Part shown: positions 18,928-25,210 of the stretch, piece by piece
Layout of the letters: each line of letters starts with the position of its first letter
Position numbering within the stretch: the first letter of the stretch is position 1
Virus record (IMG/VR): IMGVR_UViG_3300032329_000227
Coordinates: 1-35,098 of that record
Reading direction: 5' to 3' (one strand)
Source of the DNA: a virus
Taxonomy: Duplodnaviria > Caudoviricetes
DNA: 35,098 nucleotides
Notes under the pieces: generated by a model
What the model was told of the DNA's origin: nothing
The model's database searches: none
The model's input: only the letters and a program-made list of their open reading frames with translations
Made by a program: the position numbers and the translations under genes

Positions 18928-19178
18928 CTAGTTGTTTTTTATTCTTTAAATAGGACAAATCGTTTAAAAATTGAATCACTGGCAAATCATAAACCTTGTC
19001 CAAAGGTATTCCTTCAAATTCAGCTACCTCTTTGGCATTGTAGATCCATCCCCAATTGTTTGCAAAATTCTCTTCAATTGTTGCACTCTTTTTTTGTTTA
19101 CCTTCCTCAAATTCATCTCGCTGATCAAACAAGCCATCGTATTGTTCGTTGAATGTTTTAAGACTTGATAAAAAAAAA
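18887..19178 (-). CDS. -1 frame extension of the tail assembly chaperone (gpGT-like)
   Basis: -1 frame is open from the T9 slippery run: FFLSSLKTFNEQYDGLFD...NFANNWGW...DLPVIQFLNDLSY. Confidence 0.7.
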
Positions 19179-19662
19179 CCATTGCGAAATATCCGTGCTT
19201 AAAATCTGCTTGTTTCATGTCATTTGAGTACTCTTCATGCTTTAGCGCATCATAGTCTAGCTTGACAAAGTTTAACTTTTTCCAACTCCATTGCATAGGC
19301 GTACAAATACTAGCTAAGATATTATGCATGTTCATGATAGGATCGTCTTTGCTAAATGTTAGCACCTCAATATATCTGCCGGTGTTAAATGGCAGCTTCA
19401 CGTCAAAGTTTAAATGGTAAGCTTTGCCATTTGCTTGTATAATAGTTCTAGGCATTGACATAGTAGCTTGATCGATTGTTAAATCAAAATCATCTTTTAA
19501 TCTCTCACAAAGCTTTGCAAACTTTCTAGGAGGCAATGACTCAACATAATCCTCTGTCTTATCAAGTAAGACTTGCACTAATTTGCTGGCTCTCAACAAC
19601 TCATCTGTCTCAATTGTTGCTATGCTTTGCAGCTTTTGGAATTTGTCAATAGTTAACTTCAT
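19024..19662 (-). CDS. Tail assembly chaperone (gpG-like) with slippery site
   Basis: 212 aa; ATG GTT TTT TTT TAT around 19168-19182 leads into an overlapping -1 ORF. Confidence 0.65.
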   Translation of the reverse strand: MKLTIDKFQKLQSIATIETDELLRASKLVQVLLDKTEDYVESLPPRKFAKLCERLKDDFDLTIDQATMSMPRTIIQANGKAYHLNFDVKLPFNTGRYIEVLTFSKDDPIMNMHNILASICTPMQWSWKKLNFVKLDYDALKHEEYSNDMKQADFKHGYFAMVFFYQVLKHSTNNTMACLISEMNLRKVNKKRVQQLKRILQTIGDGSTMPKR

Positions 19663-19699
19663 ACGTTATTAGATATATTTATTAGATGACATGGTACTT
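19663..19699 (-). promoter_or_regulatory. Candidate late promoter AAGTACC-N13-AATATAT
   Basis: Third copy of the motif, 30 nt from GTACC to ATG 19662. Confidence 0.45.
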
Positions 19700-20848
19700 G
19701 CCCACTTGCTTGTGATCAATACGGCACTTGTTAGCTAAAGCCAAAGCGATCACGCAGTCATCATGAAAGCCTTGAGGCGCAGAGTAACGCACGCCAGTTG
19801 GTGTGAACGTGTACTCAAATACCTCCAACTCTTGCTTGATCGGTCCATCTGGATAGCTGATCGCCTTAGTTTGGATCGCACTGCTTAATCCTTCAAGCAA
19901 TTGCTGCTTGCTTGTAGCCGTAAACTTAAAGCCGTGCATCTGTGTGAATTTCTTTTGCAACTCTTCTACTATGGCATCACCCACACCAGTGCTATCAATT
20001 ATGATCGGCAGATTCTTTGGCAATCTTAAAATTGTCTCTTTAGTCTGCATCCAGTCTTTTTGAAAGCGCTCAAAGTGTACCACATTGCCTTGCTTGTCCA
20101 TCCCTATTATCACTGACCAGTCAACAGACTTGGCCAAGTCAATTCCGTAATAAGCAGCTACACCTTTTGTTTCTCTGGTGCAAGCGTATATGAAATCACT
20201 GCCAAAAGGGTTGGCTGCATTTTCCATAGGATCTGCCATGTACTCTTGCTTGAATACCACTGCTGGCAATTGTGCTGCTGCTGCGTCAATCTCAGTGGGA
20301 TCGATGTGTGGGTTGTCATAGGTTGTAAATTTAAACGATTCCCAGTTAGGCTCACCGCCGCGCATAAACATGCTATAAAAATAGTTCTTCCCTCTTGGCG
20401 TGCTTAAAAATATAGCCTTGCCTTTATAGTCTGTCAAGGTAGGTCTTATTGAATTATTCCAGCCATCCTCTAAATTTGGAATATAGGATGCCTCATCTAT
20501 AATCACCAGATGATACTTAGTACCACGCATTGCATCCAATCTCTCACCAGTATAAAAGCGAACTGATCCGCCAGTGACAAAGTCAATAAGCAAATCAGTC
20601 TCATTCTTTTTGTAAACCTTGTCTGGCAATATTTTGCAGATTTCCTTAAAGAACATCTTGCCAAGTTGATAAGTCGGTGTGATATATGCAACATGTTGCC
20701 TCTTTAAGCCAGTCTCAATAGATATGTTTTGACTGATTAATGACTTGCCAAACCTTCGCCCACACATCATGACTCTAAACCTAGCATCCGAGTCAAGCAC
20801 TTGCTTTTGTGCCGGATGTGGCTTAGGTAGTTTTATATCAAGATTCAT
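19682..20848 (-). CDS. terL: Terminase large subunit
   Basis: Walker A GRRFGKS, Walker B LVIIDEA, motif III STP, nuclease GIDLA and HDDCV. Confidence 0.95.
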   Translation of the reverse strand: MNLDIKLPKPHPAQKQVLDSDARFRVMMCGRRFGKSLISQNISIETGLKRQHVAYITPTYQLGKMFFKEICKILPDKVYKKNETDLLIDFVTGGSVRFYTGERLDAMRGTKYHLVIIDEASYIPNLEDGWNNSIRPTLTDYKGKAIFLSTPRGKNYFYSMFMRGGEPNWESFKFTTYDNPHIDPTEIDAAAAQLPAVVFKQEYMADPMENAANPFGSDFIYACTRETKGVAAYYGIDLAKSVDWSVIIGMDKQGNVVHFERFQKDWMQTKETILRLPKNLPIIIDSTGVGDAIVEELQKKFTQMHGFKFTATSKQQLLEGLSSAIQTKAISYPDGPIKQELEVFEYTFTPTGVRYSAPQGFHDDCVIALALANKCRIDHKQVGKYHVI

Positions 20849-21266
20849 ACTTGATTGTGATTGTTTCTATGTTTGTATTTTCAGTAGTCGCGCGATCAGT
20901 CATGCCAAGTGCATTCTTTGCATAGAAAATTGCTTTGCCTTCATTTGCAACAATATCGATAGCCAATGACTTAAACATAAACACAATCCTATTAGCCACC
21001 TCATGATAGGGATGAGTAGGATCTTGTCTTATTTTCCAAAGGCCCATTCTTGTGTAAAATTCAAAGTCATGCTTTCTTAACCAATGATCTAAGAAATAGT
21101 CAATCGTTGGCACAAAGCGATCTCTAATCTCAACGATCTTGCCCGATCCAGTTGCAACTTGCTTTTGGCCCTCCATACAATTGTCGCAATATGCAAAGGC
21201 TAACTCCATCAATTTCTCTTCATCTATGTCCTTAAACTTTCTTGTCACGCTTTCTCTTATTTCCAT
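20838..21266 (-). CDS. terS: Terminase small subunit
   Basis: 142 aa overlapping terL start; PTI..F...AIFYAKN.LG..D pattern. Confidence 0.65.
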   Translation of the reverse strand: MEIRESVTRKFKDIDEEKLMELAFAYCDNCMEGQKQVATGSGKIVEIRDRFVPTIDYFLDHWLRKHDFEFYTRMGLWKIRQDPTHPYHEVANRIVFMFKSLAIDIVANEGKAIFYAKNALGMTDRATTENTNIETITIKYES

Positions 21267-21856
21267 AATTTAATATTTTTAGTGCCATCACGATAGCCTT
21301 TTATGTCAGCTTCATGTTTGGCCCAGTTCTTTTGCAATAATTCGGTCTTGTTATACCCATACTCGTCACCGCTTGCATGTGATCCAATATGCTCTGCCAA
21401 GCAGTCCATCACATAGTAGGTATTAAATCCAGCTATGTTGGCCCTCTCACAATAGTCCAGATCAATCGGTCCATAAGGAAACATGGACTCATTAAAGATC
21501 CCAATCTTGTCAACTACCTTCATACTAAGTAGCCAGTTGCTTATGATATGCTCGCTCTTTATTCCTCGTCTTGATCTATCCAAACTGCTGGCAACAATGC
21601 CGGCATCTGGGTAAGTCTGCAATGCCTCAACCTTTTTAGCAAGCCAATTGTCTGGCTCAATGATGTCATTTGCTAGATAAGCGATTGCATCATATTCATC
21701 TACACCAGCTATGTCAATAGCTTCATTCATTGCGTTTGCTATGCCTTCTTTGTTAACATTAATAAAATCAAATGGATAACCGGATTTACCCATGTTTAAT
21801 GCTATTTGATATAATGGCCTATCGCCATAAGTCAATCCAGCTATAAGTACTCTCAT
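21257..21856 (-). CDS. GT2-like glycosyltransferase
   Basis: GIANAMN.AI, YLANDI, IG.FNE...YG..DLDYC.R...G motifs of GT-A/GT2. Confidence 0.7.
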   Translation of the reverse strand: MRVLIAGLTYGDRPLYQIALNMGKSGYPFDFINVNKEGIANAMNEAIDIAGVDEYDAIAYLANDIIEPDNWLAKKVEALQTYPDAGIVASSLDRSRRGIKSEHIISNWLLSMKVVDKIGIFNESMFPYGPIDLDYCERANIAGFNTYYVMDCLAEHIGSHASGDEYGYNKTELLQKNWAKHEADIKGYRDGTKNIKLWK

Positions 21857-22342
21857 TTAAAATATGTTTTTGCCTATTTCTTTTGCTGGATTGCCAGCGT
21901 ACTTTGTTGCATGTGTAGTATAAAGCTTGCGCGTCACAACTGCACCCATACCGATCATGCATCCTTTTGCAATCACTTGCTTTTGATGGATCACTGCATT
22001 AAGTCCAATGTTGCAGCCATCACCAACAATAGTATGGCCACCGATCTTTGCACCGCAACTGATCGTTACATTGTTACCGATAACGCAGTCATGACCTACA
22101 TGTGAATGCTTAAGCATCCATACACCAGCACCGATTATTGTCTTGTCAATTGTGCCGGCATCAATAGTCACATGACCAGTGATCACGCAGTCATCACCTA
22201 TAACAACTTCGCCGATCGGTGCATTCCAGAAAAGCTTATGCTCTGCTGGCTCACCGATCACACAATATGGCCCAATGTAAACATTGTTACCTAGTGTGAC
22301 ATTTGGCCCTACAATGGCCGTCTTATGAATGAATGTACTCAT
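21857..22342 (-). CDS. Left-handed beta-helix (hexapeptide) sugar acyltransferase, LpxA/PglD-like
   Basis: IHKTAIV start, hexapeptide repeats, HVGHDC catalytic His motif, C-terminal GNPAK. Confidence 0.85.
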   Translation of the reverse strand: MSTFIHKTAIVGPNVTLGNNVYIGPYCVIGEPAEHKLFWNAPIGEVVIGDDCVITGHVTIDAGTIDKTIIGAGVWMLKHSHVGHDCVIGNNVTISCGAKIGGHTIVGDGCNIGLNAVIHQKQVIAKGCMIGMGAVVTRKLYTTHATKYAGNPAKEIGKNIF

Positions 22343-22553
22343 TGAATGTTTTATATACGTTAACTAAAAATGATCCAACGCATGCACCACATCTACTATT
22401 GTATGTGTAGTGTGGATCTTTTATGCGCATAATTTCTACCAGTTCATTTTGGATCTCATGTGTAAATCCTACCAATTCACCAGTTGCCTTAAATAGATCA
22501 TAGAAATGCTTATGCTTTAACAAGGTCTGCAAATGCCTTTCGTCTAGTTTCAT
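22323..22553 (-). CDS. Small hypothetical protein with CxxC
   Basis: Start MKLDERH at 22553; ends RCGACV; fills the gap in a tightly packed operon. Confidence 0.55.
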   Translation of the reverse strand: MKLDERHLQTLLKHKHFYDLFKATGELVGFTHEIQNELVEIMRIKDPHYTYNSRCGACVGSFLVNVYKTFNEYIHS

Positions 22554-23517
22554 TAATTCGCTCATGATTGTATTTGTTTTTTGCCCACTCAAAAAGATCA
22601 TTGCCCATCTTGATCCTTTCATCTGGGTTGTTTACTAAGTATGTCAAATGCTTAAACCAGTCAGCTTGATTCTTTACAAATAGCACTGGTGCATCTTTAT
22701 CTAGGTTATATGGCTCGACATCGCTCACTATCACTGCCACTCTTTTAGCTGCCGCCTCAAGTAGCTTTAAATTGCTTTTGCTCGCATGCCATGGTGACTC
22801 TTGCAAAGGCACAACCATAATGTCTGCATGTTTAAAATGCTCCATGTAATTGCTTGGCAATTCGCTTGCAAGTTTTCTATTAGCTAACTTTCCGCCATTC
22901 GTAAACATTGAGTGTACCTTATCCCAGTATGATTTGCTCACTGGATCTGTGTCAGTATATCCGCCCAGCACCATCTCAATGCTTGATAATCCGCTTAATC
23001 TTTTAAAAGGATTTGCCAACAACTTGATGTCCTCAAGATGTGTTGATCCGCCGGCCCAGAAGATACGCGTCTTGTCGCTTTCATATTTTGAATCATCATA
23101 TTGATGCTCACCATATGGTATGCAGTTTGGTAACACTAATACTTTCTTGTTGTACTTGCTCACCTTGTCAGCGATCCTATCATTTGTGCATGTCACAAGA
23201 TCAGCATTAAAGATGTTGTTAATGATACGCTTTTTGTGTGCCTCATAACCATGATACAAAGGATGATTGTATGGCAATTCCCAGTCATCATCCAGATCCA
23301 TCACTACTTTAAAGTGCTGCTTTGTTTCATCCCAGTCTGTATCAAATTGACTAAATCTATTGTACAATAAAATATCAAATTGCCTCTCTTCAAGTATTTC
23401 TTTAGTAGGCATATTGCACACATGGTTGTAAGAATCCGGCAAGAATGCCAAAGGCAGCATGACTCTATGCCATCCGCAACCGCTCATCTTTTGTGTGATC
23501 CCCAGCACTTGTATCAT
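22510..23517 (-). CDS. GT4-like (GT-B) glycosyltransferase
   Basis: SGCGWHRV..P, DLDD, WAGG.TH..D, KSNLKLLEAA and SDV.PY motifs; start MIQVLG at 23517. Confidence 0.8.
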   Translation of the reverse strand: MIQVLGITQKMSGCGWHRVMLPLAFLPDSYNHVCNMPTKEILEERQFDILLYNRFSQFDTDWDETKQHFKVVMDLDDDWELPYNHPLYHGYEAHKKRIINNIFNADLVTCTNDRIADKVSKYNKKVLVLPNCIPYGEHQYDDSKYESDKTRIFWAGGSTHLEDIKLLANPFKRLSGLSSIEMVLGGYTDTDPVSKSYWDKVHSMFTNGGKLANRKLASELPSNYMEHFKHADIMVVPLQESPWHASKSNLKLLEAAAKRVAVIVSDVEPYNLDKDAPVLFVKNQADWFKHLTYLVNNPDERIKMGNDLFEWAKNKYNHERINETRRKAFADLVKA

Positions 23518-23518
23518 C

Positions 23519-23641
23519 TTAGCGTCCTTGTCCACGATATTGTTTGGGTTTAGGTGAGTGCTTATTAAAACTTTTCTTTGCTGATCCTTGCTTGCGCTTG
23601 CCAAAGGTAACTTTTCGCGCGTCACTTGTTTGCTTTGCCAT
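23519..23641 (-). CDS. 40-aa highly basic peptide ending YRGQGR (not in ORF track)
   Basis: MAKQTSDARKVTFGKRKQGSAKKSFNKHSPKPKQYRGQGR; start overlaps the upstream TAA, and its stop lies 1 nt before the GT4 ATG. Confidence 0.7.
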   Translation of the reverse strand: MAKQTSDARKVTFGKRKQGSAKKSFNKHSPKPKQYRGQGR

Positions 23642-23874
23642 TATAAAAATAATTGTTTAAATTGATCAAAAGGTAAGTTCACAACATAGGCCTCATCATT
23701 GACTACGATCTCTGTCAAGTGCATTCCATCTTTTACATTACCACATGCAAAGTCTATGTGAAAAAACATAAACTCAACCTCGTCAAGACTATTGTAATTG
23801 TAACTAACGCCAAGTTCACTAAATAAGATTGTGTCACTATTATGGCAAAGGATCGGCAATACTACTGGCTGCAT
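23641..23874 (-). CDS. Hypothetical protein
   Basis: Start MQPVVL at 23874, 1 nt after the upstream stop. Confidence 0.55.
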   Translation of the reverse strand: MQPVVLPILCHNSDTILFSELGVSYNYNSLDEVEFMFFHIDFACGNVKDGMHLTEIVVNDEAYVVNLPFDQFKQLFL

Positions 23875-23875
23875 G

Positions 23876-24115
23876 TTATTTAATTTTTTGTCCAATAAAT
23901 CCAGCACCAAAGATAATGCAAATAAATTGCGAATACTCAATCGGCATGAAATATAAAAGCACTGCCGTCCAAACGCTTAAGCACGTCACGCAGTCAAAAG
24001 GCTTGATCCTTTTCTCAAAAGGAATCTGCCATACCTTTTTAATAAAGTAAATTATCCGCGCCACGTTCACGAAATAATAAGCAAAAAAGAAAGCAGCTAA
24101 AATGATTGTAAGCAT
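23876..24115 (-). CDS. Membrane protein with CxxC-W motif (DUF1360-like)
   Basis: Hydrophobic helices and PFDCVTCLSVW. Confidence 0.55.
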   Translation of the reverse strand: MLTIILAAFFFAYYFVNVARIIYFIKKVWQIPFEKRIKPFDCVTCLSVWTAVLLYFMPIEYSQFICIIFGAGFIGQKIK

Positions 24116-24133
24116 TATGTTTATTTTAAATGT

Positions 24134-24349
24134 CTATGATTTATTATATTTTTGGTTATAATATTGCGTCCAATGTCCACCACCTAACATTGATGATGTA
24201 CTTCCATTTCTAAAAGCATCTGCTATCTGCTCTTTTTATTTTTCAAGTGTAGTTGTAGCATACTCAATAAGCGAACCAATATCTACCATATCAACTCTAC
24301 TTTTAAGCATTTCTAAATGGACAATAAATTCTTGCATTGCTGTTTTCAT
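24134..24349 (-). pseudogene. Small phage gene interrupted by an in-frame TAA at 24236-24238
   Basis: MKTAMQEF...LEK*KEQIADAF...QYYNQKYNKS; fills the intergenic gap; a GAA codon would restore LEKEKEQI. Confidence 0.6.
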
Positions 24350-24353
24350 AATC

Positions 24354-24878
24354 TTAAAGATTTTGGTTAAGACATAAATGCCTTAACTCAAGTTTTGTTT
24401 TACGAATAATATCTTTGACATGTTTCTCTGGTATGTTATAAAACTCAGCTACCTTTTTACATGATCTAAATTCAACATATTTATTGAATAGTATTGCCTC
24501 GTGTGCTTGCATCTCATCTTCACCATACTTGTCAATCAATCTTTTATTTGCTATCTTAGCAAAGGTAGGGTTTAATTCTGGTAACTTAAGCTGGCTTTTT
24601 AAGTACATGATCGCCTTTTCATATTCATTTTTTCTAAACTTTTTATAAAACTGGCTTGTGCTGCTAAAAGCCATGTTAGTGATAATCTTAATAGAAAATC
24701 CTAAAAGGCCATTAGAGGCCCAAATTTCGTTTATTTTATCACAATCAATGCCAAGCAAGGCTAAGGCCATTTCTTGCCTTAAATCGTCTTGCAATGACTC
24801 TGGACGCACACTTTTGATCAGTTGATTAATCTGTGGTGATCGATAGATAGCTTCAATATGTTTATGGCAATCTTTCAT
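24354..24878 (-). CDS. ECF/sigma70-like factor (probable late sigma)
   Basis: DDLRQE region-2-like motif and C-terminal HTH SCKKVAEFYNIPEKHVKDII. Confidence 0.65.
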   Translation of the reverse strand: MKDCHKHIEAIYRSPQINQLIKSVRPESLQDDLRQEMALALLGIDCDKINEIWASNGLLGFSIKIITNMAFSSTSQFYKKFRKNEYEKAIMYLKSQLKLPELNPTFAKIANKRLIDKYGEDEMQAHEAILFNKYVEFRSCKKVAEFYNIPEKHVKDIIRKTKLELRHLCLNQNL

Positions 24879-24886
24879 TGTTTATA

Positions 24887-24894
24887 CAAATGTA
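24887..24894 (-). promoter_or_regulatory. Bacteroidota -7 element (TACATTTG) for the sigma gene
   Basis: TAnnTTTG ending 9 nt before ATG 24878. Confidence 0.5.
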
Positions 24895-25030
24895 CTCAAT
24901 GTACTCGGTTTTTGCGTGTTTTTTTATTCCTATACTCTTTTTTTTATTTTTATATACCCCCCCCTAGAAAATCATAAAAATAGAGTACACCGAGTACAAA
25001 TGTTATATTTAGTTAAAAATCAATTAGTTA
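24891..25030. repeat. Inverted heptamer pairs flanking an AT-rich core; putative replication origin/operator
   Basis: TGTACTC at 24891 and 24900, GAGTACA at 24983 and 24992, C8 run at 24957-24964, IHF-consensus AATCAATTAGTTA at 25018-25030. Confidence 0.5.
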
Positions 25031-25210
25031 AGTAGTTTCAAAATTGTGCGAAATTTGTGCAACATGCACATTTTTGATCGTTTTTGCACAATTTTGACGC
25101 TTTTCAACCTTTACTTTTTCTCCATTCCACTCAAAGATACCACCTTTTGGGTTATCCAATAGCCATTTTTCAAATGCTGCTATCGGACTTAGATAAGATT
25201 TTAAACTCAT
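25028..25210 (-). CDS. Small hypothetical protein
   Basis: MSLKSYLSPIAAFEKWLLDNPKGG...; overlaps the primase end; C-terminus runs into the repeat region. Confidence 0.35.
   Translation of the reverse strand: MSLKSYLSPIAAFEKWLLDNPKGGIFEWNGEKVKVEKRQNCAKTIKNVHVAQISHNFETT

Noticed and set aside
21857-22342. True lpxA auxiliary gene
   Set aside because: Only 161 aa, lacks the C-terminal helical domain and ends in GNPAK like sugar acetyltransferases
23518-23625. Extended N-terminus of the GT4 ORF as given in the track
   Set aside because: The region is better explained by the 40-aa basic peptide in another frame; the GT4 motif starts at 23517
24236-24238. In-frame TAA as evidence of stop-codon reassignment
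   Set aside because: TAA terminates many core genes and the long ORFs are intact under code 11
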